48,751 nt of DNA from Methanobacteriota archaeon. Lineage in GTDB: Archaea > Halobacteriota > Syntropharchaeia > Alkanophagales > Methanospirareceae. The position numbers were made by a program, and so were the translations under genes. Below are positions 38,855 through 47,088 of the stretch, in pieces (position 1 is the first letter of the stretch; every line of letters begins with the position of its first letter). Below the pieces are notes generated by a model. It was not told the origin of the DNA. It did not search any database and saw only the letters and a program-made list of their open reading frames with translations. The DNA lies in NCBI GenBank assembly GCA_034660015.1, contig JAYEII010000013.1, positions 1 to 48,751 on the forward strand. Direction: 5' to 3'.

Positions 38855-39361
38855 ATGAAAGCTTCTGCAGATGCTTCTGTTATCATTGATTTGCCCAAAG
38901 ATGAGCTGCTAATTAAAATTGCGAAGAAGAGATATTCAGAGATTTATGTGCCGAAAGAGGTTTTAGATGAGCATAAGAAGCCAAAGAAGCATGTTCAACG
39001 AATACGTGCATTAGAAAGAGAGGGTTTTATCGAAAGGAAAGAATTGGACGAGAGGGGGATAAAATACTACCAATCCTTTCTTAAAAGGGGAAAGTTAGGA
39101 GGAGGGGAATGCGCAGCTATTGCATTGGCGCTTCAATTAGGTTTACCTGAGGTATTATTAGATGACAAACTTGCGATAAGTACCGCCTCGAAGGTTGGAT
39201 TAAAGTCCGTATCAATCTGTTATCTACCGCTATGGGGATTTAAGAAGGATTTCGTAACAAGCGATGAAGCGGAGTATTTGCTAAGAAAACTGTTTACACG
39301 GAGCGATCCGAATCTTTTAGTGCTGATGGGAATTTTACGTGAACTTGAAAGGAGTATGTAA
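38855..39361 (+). CDS. PIN-domain nuclease (DUF3368/COG2405-like)
   Basis: ADASVII, VPKEVLDE, LGGGECAAIALA, LLDD; paired with UPF0175. Confidence 0.82.
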   Translation: MKASADASVIIDLPKDELLIKIAKKRYSEIYVPKEVLDEHKKPKKHVQRIRALEREGFIERKELDERGIKYYQSFLKRGKLGGGECAAIALALQLGLPEVLLDDKLAISTASKVGLKSVSICYLPLWGFKKDFVTSDEAEYLLRKLFTRSDPNLLVLMGILRELERSM

Positions 39362-39387
39362 ATCTGGAGGGGTAGTTAAGAGAAATG

Positions 39388-39483
39388 CAAAATTTTTGTG
39401 ATGGGGGGGGTTATCCCCTTTTTATATTTTTACACTTTTTCTTTTTTAGGAAAAAAGAAAATTACCTGTGCTAAAAGAAAAAT
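39388..39483 (+). repeat. About 100-bp direct repeat (copy 2)
   Basis: Near-identical to 37838-37935. Confidence 0.8.
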
Positions 39484-39494
39484 CAATTCCTTTG

Positions 39495-39716
39495 TTAAAG
39501 ATAAACTGTTAAGAAAGACGACTTTCAGTTCTCCAAATGACTGAAGAAGCATCTAAATTAGCAGGTGAGATTTTGGCGGATTTAGAGAGGAGAGGAGAAA
39601 TTATTGAGTTCCGAGATGCATTTATCGCCAGTATTGCGATTACGCATAACACCACATTGTTTACCAGAAATATTAGCCATTTTGAGAGGATAAAAACTAT
39701 TAAATTGTATAAATAA
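39495..39716 (+). pseudogene. C-terminal fragment of a VapC PIN toxin
   Basis: LSVLQMTEEASKLAGEILADLERRGEIIEFRDAFIASIAITHNTTLFTRNISHFERI; N-terminal half absent; not in the ORF track. Confidence 0.8.
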
Positions 39717-39734
39717 AAGATAGTAACCAAGAGC

Positions 39735-39932
39735 ATGATATACTTCGAAAGCAGAGCAGACGATGGAAACGGGTATACGGTAACGGTGGAGATACAGACA
39801 GAAGTGCCAGAAGTAACGCCAACAGCAACACCAACGGCAAAGCCAACGGCAGAACCACCAGGATTTGAAGCGGTATTTGCCATTGCAGGTCTGTTAGCGA
39901 TTGCGTACCTCGTGCTGAGGAGAAGGAAGTAA
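39735..39932 (+). pseudogene. Duplicated 3' end of the S-layer gene (PGF-CTERM only)
   Basis: ADDGNG...PPGFEAVFAIAGLLAIAYLVLRRRK, tail identical to 35396..37798; no signal peptide. Confidence 0.75.
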
Positions 39933-40184
39933 GGGCAAAAGGCAAAGGGCGAAAGGCAAAAATAAAAATGCAAAATTTTGAGGGGGGAAAGTTTTTTATA
40001 TTCCAAATTTATAAAAGGAAATAAAATGGCAGAAACTAAGAAGGAGGGAGAGAGGGAAAAAGAAGTTTTAAAGATATTAGAGGGATGGTTGAGACGTATT
40101 TTTGGGTTCGAAAAGAGGAGAAAAAAAGAGGATTACTTTAGAAGTCCAGAATTTAATGAAGTAAAATAAAAGAAGGAAATATAG

Positions 40185-40428
40185 TCATTCCGAAAATTAT
40201 TAACCACGAGATTACGCAGATTTAAAAATTCACCGCAGAGCACGCGGAGTTCGCAGAGGAATTAAGTTCATTCGCAGATTTTAGACAATAAAACAGAAAA
40301 TAAATTGTAGACACAGATTAACGCAGATTAACACAGATGATAAGAATTAACACGATTAAACTAAAATAAATCTGCGTAAATCAGTGTAAATCTGTGTCTT
40401 AAATAGAAGGAAGCTATACGATATATAC
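40185..40428 (+). repeat. Composite: A-like arm, C arm and full repeat A abutting the argH start
   Basis: AACCACGAGATTACGCAGATT, TTCACCGCAGAGCACGCGGAGTTCGCAGAG, A copy 40296-40428. Confidence 0.85.
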
Positions 40429-40429
40429 A

Positions 40430-41929
40430 ATGACAACAGAAAACAAATTTACGCCGCAGAATTTGGATTATATCCTGTCGCTTGATTCGGACAGATGGAT
40501 ATTTCATGCGGACATGCTCGTGGACAAGGCGCATGTAGTGATGTTAGAAGAGCGGGACATAATAAGCCGTGAACAGTCGCGGGACATTCTGAACGGTTTA
40601 ATCGCGATAGAGCAGCGTGGTGCGGCGGAGTTTATCGAGCAAGAACTGCTCGCACACGCATACGACGACGTGCATACGGCGATTGAATCGGTACTGATAC
40701 GCGAACTGGGCGAGGGCACCGGCGGCAGGATGCATACCGGGCGCTCGAGGAATGATGAAGTAGCCACGTGCATACGGATTGCGCTGCGTGACGACCTGAT
40801 AGAGCTTATGAAAGGCGTGAACGAGTTAAGAAGGGCGGTAATAGAAAAAGCTGCGGAGCACGTTGATACCGTGATGCCGGGCTACACGCATTTGCAACAT
40901 GCACAACCAACTACACTCGCACATCATCTGTCGGCATATTCCGATGCGTTCGCACGCGACTTTACGCGGCTCGTGACGGTTTACGAGCGCACAAACGTAA
41001 GCCCGTTAGGTGCTGCTGCTTTCGCTTCCACGGGCTTCCCGTTAGACCGAGCGAGCACTGCGAAACTATTAGGGTTTGATTCCGTGATGCCAAATTCAAT
41101 GGATGCCGTATCCACACGGGATTTCGTTATCGAAGCGATTGCGTGTTTTGCCAATCTGATGACTAACCTGAGCAGGCTTGCCGAAGAGATAATACTGTGG
41201 AGCACCGCGGAATTCGATTTTGTGCGTGTTCCCGAAGACTACATAACCGGGAGTTCCATAATGCCGCAGAAACGAAACCCCGACTTCGCTGAACTCGTCA
41301 GGTCGAGAACAGGCACGGTATACGGATGTTTAATGAGCGCACTCGCTATATGCAAAGCGTTACCCTACGCGTACAACCGCGATTTACAGGAGGTTACGAC
41401 ACACCTATTGAAAGCGACCGGAACCACTGCGGCTTCGGTATCCGTGGTGAACCATATCGTAGCGGGACTGGAGGCGAAGAAGGAAGAAATGAAGAAGAAA
41501 ACACTGGTCGGATTCACCACCGCAACTGAATTGGCGGATACCATTGTCCGAACGACAGGGATTTCATTTAGAACCGCACATAAGATTGTATCGTCACTGG
41601 CTCCTGTTTTAACGCATAAAGAAATCCATGAATTGGAATCAGGAGGAGACATACTGCGTAGAATAGATGCGCTCGCGGTGGACATCAGCGGTAAAAAACT
41701 CAGCGAGCTGGGACTGACCGAGGAGAACGTAAAAGAGGCGATGGACGTCTGTTCAAACATAGAAAAGAGGAATGTGTATGGCGGACCTGCGAAAGAGCAG
41801 GTGCTGAAGACGATAGAAACGAGGTTTACACGGGATTTGAACAGGGATGAGGAATTGATAGAAGCGAAGGAAGAGGGAGTAAAAAGGAGTTTAGAGGAGT
41901 TGGAAAGAAGGATAGCGGAGTTGAGATGA
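40430..41929 (+). CDS. argH: Argininosuccinate lyase
   Basis: HTGRSRND, MPGYTHLQHAQP, SPLGAAA, GSSIMPQKRNPD, YNRDLQE. Confidence 0.97.
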   Translation: MTTENKFTPQNLDYILSLDSDRWIFHADMLVDKAHVVMLEERDIISREQSRDILNGLIAIEQRGAAEFIEQELLAHAYDDVHTAIESVLIRELGEGTGGRMHTGRSRNDEVATCIRIALRDDLIELMKGVNELRRAVIEKAAEHVDTVMPGYTHLQHAQPTTLAHHLSAYSDAFARDFTRLVTVYERTNVSPLGAAAFASTGFPLDRASTAKLLGFDSVMPNSMDAVSTRDFVIEAIACFANLMTNLSRLAEEIILWSTAEFDFVRVPEDYITGSSIMPQKRNPDFAELVRSRTGTVYGCLMSALAICKALPYAYNRDLQEVTTHLLKATGTTAASVSVVNHIVAGLEAKKEEMKKKTLVGFTTATELADTIVRTTGISFRTAHKIVSSLAPVLTHKEIHELESGGDILRRIDALAVDISGKKLSELGLTEENVKEAMDVCSNIEKRNVYGGPAKEQVLKTIETRFTRDLNRDEELIEAKEEGVKRSLEELERRIAELR

Positions 41930-41942
41930 GCACAGTCTAAAA

Positions 41943-42123
41943 AAAATAAATTGCAGACACAGATTAACGCTCGTGGGCTCTGCCCACATTCCCGCAAGCC
42001 CAGAAAGGGCTTAATTAACACAGATGGACAATAAAAATTCACCGCAGAGAACACGGAATTAGAGGTTTAGTTCATTAGCGGTTCAGCTCGTTAGCCAAAC
42101 CGCTAAACCTCTAAACCGCTAAA
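41943..42123 (+). repeat. Repeat A arm with D insertion, C arm and E hairpin
   Basis: GACACAGATTAACG[..GTGGGCTCTGCCCAC..AAGCCCAGAAAGGGCTT]AATTAACACAGAT; TTCACCGCAGAGAACACGGA; TTAGAGGTTTAG...CTAAACCTCTAA. Confidence 0.8.
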
Positions 42124-42134
42124 AGATTAGTACC

Positions 42135-42317
42135 CTTTATATATAAGCAGATAATATTAATGATTACGGGGAAGCGAGAAAAGGGAAAAAAGGCGATTTT
42201 TTTTCTCTTTGCGCTGCAGAATAAGGGGCAGGGATTTGCCCTGTCGCCCCGAGCGCCCTGCTCTGTAAGGGCGTAAAAAGCGAAACTAAAAGCAAAATAG
42301 GAGGTTGTGTAAGGCAA
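42135..42317 (+). promoter_or_regulatory. TATA box and long structured 5' leader of the TRAM gene
   Basis: TTTTATATATAA near 42136; GC hairpins at 42225-42273; AGGAGGT RBS near 42299. Confidence 0.55.
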
Positions 42318-42536
42318 ATGGGATATAGTAGAGAAAGAAGGGACATAAGTTCTCCCCTGAACGTTGGGGATACTTATGATGTGAAAATAGAGGACGTTGG
42401 AAGAGAAGGAGATGGAATAGCGCGAGTAGAGGGATTTGTGGTCTTTGTGCCCAACACGAAGAAAGGGGATAATGTGAAGATACAGATAACGAAAGTATCG
42501 AGAAGAGTTGGATTTGCAGAAGTAGTTACGGAATGA
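42318..42536 (+). CDS. Single-TRAM-domain RNA chaperone (cold-shock-like)
   Basis: PLNVGDTYDVKIEDVGREGDGIARVEGFVVFVP..GD.VKI.I..V...FAEV. Confidence 0.92.
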   Translation: MGYSRERRDISSPLNVGDTYDVKIEDVGREGDGIARVEGFVVFVPNTKKGDNVKIQITKVSRRVGFAEVVTE

Positions 42537-42899
42537 AATTTCGTTTGTTCCTCATGCTTCGAATTTTAAAACAATTCCAAATATCTTCCTTTTTTCTTTT
42601 TTTCTTTTTTTGTTTTTTGCACGGTCTGGAAGTATAGTGATTTATCGTGATTTCAGTTCAGCTAGCGCAGCTTTGGGTAGACGGTAGTGAAGATGGGGAA
42701 GGAGAATAAAAGGACAATAGCTGCTGTGGCTTCACATAAAAATAGAGAAACAGGATGGCGGTCTAGAAGTGATAGAGGAAAGAAATTTTACAGTCAAAAA
42801 TGTCCTTGGTTTATATCAAGATTGACCGGTAGGTAACCACAAACCACGAATAAATTTGCGATATGTTTATATATAAGGTAAAACGAAAATAAAAGAAGT

Positions 42900-43865
42900 A
42901 TGAAAACGAAAGCGCTATCTGTTTTAATAATGGTGGTGATGAGCATACTGCTTGTGACTATAGTTATGGTGCAAGCGGATACAGCGCCAACCATCATCTC
43001 ATACACAATCTCAAACCGAACAATAACGCCACCACAAGCAACGGGAATAGATGTTGAGTTCTCTGAAACAGTAGCCTACTGTATTGCGATAGAAAAGGAT
43101 ACAGCAACGATATACGATTGGACCGGAACTGCTAAAAACCCGAGCGCTAAAACATGGGCTGGCACTTATGAAACAAACGGCACGGTTGTTCCAGCAGGTG
43201 TTTACACAGTGAACGTAACGGGAACGAACACGACGACTAACTTAAGTGTGGTTAATAACACCGAAACGATAACCGTGTTAATGAACGTAATCAGCATCGG
43301 CACGGTCGTTGGAAACAAGACCGTTTCGATAAGCATTGATAACGCATCGAACATCGGTTCCGCGGACATAAACGTCACCTATAACTCTTCGGTATGCGTG
43401 ATTACTGAAGCAACCAATGGCAGTTTTGATATTACCTCGGCAAATCTTGAACAGAATGAAACGGGTTGGGTACGTATCAGTGCGTTCCAAGCAGAAAACC
43501 CGGGGCTGACTGGCAGTATTATCCTCGCTAATATCACATTCCAGAGCAACGGCACCAGTGGCACATCTACTCTTAATCTCACCGTGAACAAGCTCACTGG
43601 TGCAACTCCAGAGTGCAATGACATATCGTATATCGTTGTAAATGGAACATACCTTACCTTTTTGAACGGCGATGTCAATGATGATGGAGAGGTAACGCTT
43701 TCCGATGCAATGTATCTCGCAAAACACGTGATTGGCATAACAGGATTTGAAGACATCGTTGAAGCGGCAGCAGATGTGAATGGCAACGGTGAGATAGAGA
43801 TTTCCGATGCGATGTATCTTGCGAAGCACGTGCTCGGCATACCAGGATTCGAAGAACTCAAGTGA
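42900..43865 (+). CDS. Secreted Ig-like + cohesin + dockerin protein
   Basis: Signal peptide; FlgD-Ig-like W.G...G.VVPAGVYTV; cohesin-like domain (YNSSV...G.V.I...LANITF); duplicated dockerin GDVNDDGEVTLSDAMYL / DVNGNGEIEISDAMYL. Confidence 0.85.
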   Translation: MKTKALSVLIMVVMSILLVTIVMVQADTAPTIISYTISNRTITPPQATGIDVEFSETVAYCIAIEKDTATIYDWTGTAKNPSAKTWAGTYETNGTVVPAGVYTVNVTGTNTTTNLSVVNNTETITVLMNVISIGTVVGNKTVSISIDNASNIGSADINVTYNSSVCVITEATNGSFDITSANLEQNETGWVRISAFQAENPGLTGSIILANITFQSNGTSGTSTLNLTVNKLTGATPECNDISYIVVNGTYLTFLNGDVNDDGEVTLSDAMYLAKHVIGITGFEDIVEAAADVNGNGEIEISDAMYLAKHVLGIPGFEELK

Positions 43866-43977
43866 GTGATTGTACCAGATAGCGAATAGAGAAGGAAGTT
43901 GGCGCATACGCATACTCCCCTCTTTTATTTTTGTTTTATTTTTGTTTCTATCGCAAACAACGATGGAGAAAGAGGAA

Positions 43978-45600
43978 ATGGTGAGTGGGATAAAGGTAAA
44001 AATAGTTACAAAGATAAATGTGCCATCTCTTGCAACATCCTTATTGATGCTTATTTTTATTGTGTTTGCATTCTCCATGCCGGTGTTGGCAACGGAGGTT
44101 GTCATTAATGATGCAAGTGCATGTCCCAGCAATATTACATTCACAGATATTACGATTAAAAATGCCACAAACGCCGGTGTAATTGATTTAAGTCTGTATT
44201 ACAATCCATCAATGGTCATAGTAATCGAGGTAAAAGATAGTGAATTTGACGTTATTATACCAAATCTTGCGAAAAGTTCCACGGGATTAGTCAGGATGGG
44301 TGCATTTCAAGCCGAAAAAACAGGATTAAATGGGCCCTCTATAGTTACAGCGAACCTCACACTTAAAGCAGTAGGTGATCCAGGTAGCACCAGCCCTTTA
44401 AACATTATCGTTAATGAGCTCAAAGATGCAACTTTTCAAGGCAATGATATTCCTTATACCATAACCAATGGGACATTCACAGTCACCTCTGCTATTGACA
44501 ACGCCCCTCTGGTAATCACCATCACATCCCCAATAAATGGTTCCACTCTCGGCATTCTAAGCAACTCAGTTATTGGATGTATCACGGGCGAAGGTGAACT
44601 TACAATTGCAAAACTGACACTCAATGACGATTTTGTAACGACCTTAAACAAAGGATGCTTCAACGTAAAAGTAAACTATAGAGCAAACGAAACGAATAGA
44701 ATAGAAGTTTTTGCGAGGGATAAAGCGGGAAATGCAAACACCAGCCAGGTGCTGGTTAACGTGCTGCCAAATATTGTGGTTGTGAATAAGACCGCGATAG
44801 CGAATCGAACCATAGAGATAACTGAGGCTAAAAACGCTACAAATACCGCAATTGAACTTAATGCAACGAAAGCAGCAAATGTAAGTGTAACAATAAACGC
44901 GAACACAAACGCATCGGCATTGAACGCGACACCTGCAACGAGCGCTTATGGACTTGCACAAAACCAGCATTCGCTTGAAAAATATATTAACGTAGATGTA
45001 ACGGGCATTGACAGGGCTAACCTCAGCTTTGTTTCTCTGTACCTTTACTACACTATTGCTGACCTCGATAGAAATGGAGACGGAGACGCTGACGATCCGG
45101 GGGATTTAAATGAGACAGCACTGGAAATATACTGGTTCAATCCGAACACAAGCTTGTGGATGCCACTGGGACCCGGAACTGATGTAGATGGGAAACCAGA
45201 TTATACTGTTTTAGGAGGGCCGAAAGTTATAGACAGCGAGAGGAACAAAACGGAAAAATATGTTAAAGTAACTCTAAATCACTTCTCAACTTTTGCTCTG
45301 GTTGCTGAGAAGATACCAGCACCTGTAACCCCTACTCCAACACCGTTACCCGAAGGCGGCAGAGGCGTTGGCACTCCATCTCCAACTTCCACTCTCACAC
45401 CCACTCTGATACCGGCTGAAGCACCAACGCTTGCCCCGACCGTTACGCCGTCAGTAATACCAACTCAAACTTCTGCTCCGGCAATACCAACATCACCAGA
45501 TGTACCGTTTTCGGCGGTAAAATGGCTCATAAGGATAGTAGCGATAGCAATAGTCGCTTCGGCGATAATTGTATCAGCGGTCTATTATTACTATCTATAA
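43978..45600 (+). CDS. Membrane-anchored cohesin-domain surface protein
   Basis: Signal region; cohesin paralogous to the upstream gene (GLVRMGAFQAE vs GWVRISAFQAE); Ig-like ITSP.NG..ARDKAGN; L.IYW..HFSTFAL domain; PT linker; C-terminal TM; start uncertain. Confidence 0.78.
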   Translation: MVSGIKVKIVTKINVPSLATSLLMLIFIVFAFSMPVLATEVVINDASACPSNITFTDITIKNATNAGVIDLSLYYNPSMVIVIEVKDSEFDVIIPNLAKSSTGLVRMGAFQAEKTGLNGPSIVTANLTLKAVGDPGSTSPLNIIVNELKDATFQGNDIPYTITNGTFTVTSAIDNAPLVITITSPINGSTLGILSNSVIGCITGEGELTIAKLTLNDDFVTTLNKGCFNVKVNYRANETNRIEVFARDKAGNANTSQVLVNVLPNIVVVNKTAIANRTIEITEAKNATNTAIELNATKAANVSVTINANTNASALNATPATSAYGLAQNQHSLEKYINVDVTGIDRANLSFVSLYLYYTIADLDRNGDGDADDPGDLNETALEIYWFNPNTSLWMPLGPGTDVDGKPDYTVLGGPKVIDSERNKTEKYVKVTLNHFSTFALVAEKIPAPVTPTPTPLPEGGRGVGTPSPTSTLTPTLIPAEAPTLAPTVTPSVIPTQTSAPAIPTSPDVPFSAVKWLIRIVAIAIVASAIIVSAVYYYYL

Positions 45601-45625
45601 TAGGATGCAGCGTGAAAAAAAGAGA

Positions 45626-45787
45626 AAAATAAATTATTGACACAGATTAACGTCTGTGGGCTCTGCCCACATCACCGCAAGCCCTGAAAGGGCTTAATTA
45701 ACACAGATGATAAAAATCAACAATGTTAAACTTAAATAAATCCGTGTAAATCCGTGTCTCAAATAGAAGATGGTTACATTTTATATA
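45626..45787 (+). repeat. Full repeat A carrying the D double-hairpin insertion
   Basis: GTGGGCTCTGCCCAC and AAGCCCTGAAAGGGCTT inside the left arm; tail ends in TTTTATATAAA. Confidence 0.85.
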
Positions 45788-45869
45788 AAATAAAAAATAA
45801 AAGAAGAAAGTTAAGGTTTAATTAATGGATTAGATTAGATTAAAATAATCAGTGGGTGGGGGATACAAG

Positions 45870-46622
45870 ATGAAAAGGGCAATCATTATCGTAAAAGGAA
45901 GGGTACAGAAGGTTGGATACCGGGACTTAGTAGCTGACTGGGCTATGGACCTGGGCGTAGTTGGTTTCGTTGAAAACCAGCCAGATGGAACTGTAAAGAT
46001 AGTTGCAGAAGGAGAGGAGGAAATTTTAGAGGAGTTCGTCAGGAAAGCACAGCCGGAGGATGATTCTCTGATAAGAATAACGCAGGTTGACGTAGAGTAT
46101 GAAAAAGCAACAGGAGAATTCGAGTTCTTCGAGATAAAGAGAGGGAGCTCCGAAGAGGAGACTGCCGAGAGACTGGATACTGCTGCAAAATCGCTGAAGG
46201 TGTTGATTAAGACAACTGCGATGATGAACGAGAACCTTGGCAATAAGATCGATGCCGGCAATGAGGAAATAAGTTCTATCATAAAAAGCGGAAATGAGGC
46301 GCTTGCCACAAAGCAAGATGTGATGATCGGTAAGCAAGACCAGATGCTGGAGAAACAAGACCAGACAATATCAATCATAAAAAGTGGCGTTGACGAAACG
46401 CGAGAGTCCCGAGAGGAAAATAAAACCATTCTGCAAGATTTTCACCGTGACACGATCCAGCGATTCGATAATCTGGACACAAAATATGGAAAGATAGCAG
46501 AGAACATGGAGCGTATTTTGGAAGAATTGAAGGAAGAGCGTAAAGAATACAGGGAATCAATAGAAAAGTTGGTTAATGCGATTATCGGGTCGAGAAAGGG
46601 AGGTGGAGCGAATGATGAATGA
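45870..46622 (+). CDS. Acylphosphatase domain fused to a long coiled coil
   Basis: VKGRVQKVGYR, GFVENQPDGTVKIVAEG; heptad-rich tail (KQDVMIGKQDQMLEKQDQ). Confidence 0.85.
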   Translation: MKRAIIIVKGRVQKVGYRDLVADWAMDLGVVGFVENQPDGTVKIVAEGEEEILEEFVRKAQPEDDSLIRITQVDVEYEKATGEFEFFEIKRGSSEEETAERLDTAAKSLKVLIKTTAMMNENLGNKIDAGNEEISSIIKSGNEALATKQDVMIGKQDQMLEKQDQTISIIKSGVDETRESREENKTILQDFHRDTIQRFDNLDTKYGKIAENMERILEELKEERKEYRESIEKLVNAIIGSRKGGGANDE

Positions 46623-46644
46623 TTATAGTCATCCCAGTAACAAA

Positions 46645-46778
46645 TTGCAATTAATGAACCACGAGATTTCACAAGATTAACACAAGAAAATAGAAAATGA
46701 ATTATTGACACAGATTAATGCTAAGGGGGCTCTGCCCACATCCCCGTAAGCCCGGAAAGGGCGTAATTAACACAGATG
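46645..46778 (+). repeat. A-like arms with D insertion (no right arm)
   Basis: AACCACGAGATTTCACAAGATTAACAC; GACACAGATTAATG..GGGCTCTGCCCAC..AAGCCCGGAAAGGGCGT AATTAACACAGAT. Confidence 0.75.
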
Positions 46779-46794
46779 AAAGGAGCAATGCCGT

Positions 46795-47088
46795 TAGCCC
46801 AGCTCAACAGGAACAAAAGAATTTTTGATAACTGCGGGTGGGAAAGAAGAGACGGTTGAGGTAGTATCTACCAAACCAACACCGTCATCTAATGGCGGTA
46901 GTGATAGCACACCATCCCCCTTGCCCTCGCTCTCTCCAACATCGAGCCTGAGCCCGAATCCAAGTCCCTCGCCTCCAAAACACAGGATACCGTGTTTTGA
47001 GGCGGTATTCGCCATTGCTGGACTGCTCGCGGTGGTGTACTTAGTGAGAAGGAAAAGGGAGCAATACCAGGGGTTTCATGAGGATTGA
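46795..47088 (+). pseudogene. Orphan C-terminal fragment of a PGF-CTERM-type surface protein (PCF variant)
   Basis: S/P/T linker followed by IPCFEAVFAIAGLLAVVYLVRRK; no ATG start or signal peptide; begins right after a repeat. Confidence 0.65.

Noticed and set aside
32895-39995. Integrated provirus
   Set aside because: No integrase, replication, packaging ATPase or recognisable capsid gene
39978-40169. 63-aa ORF (47 aa from ATG 40026)
   Set aside because: Low-complexity purine-rich sequence with no recognisable motif; could be a remnant but cannot be supported
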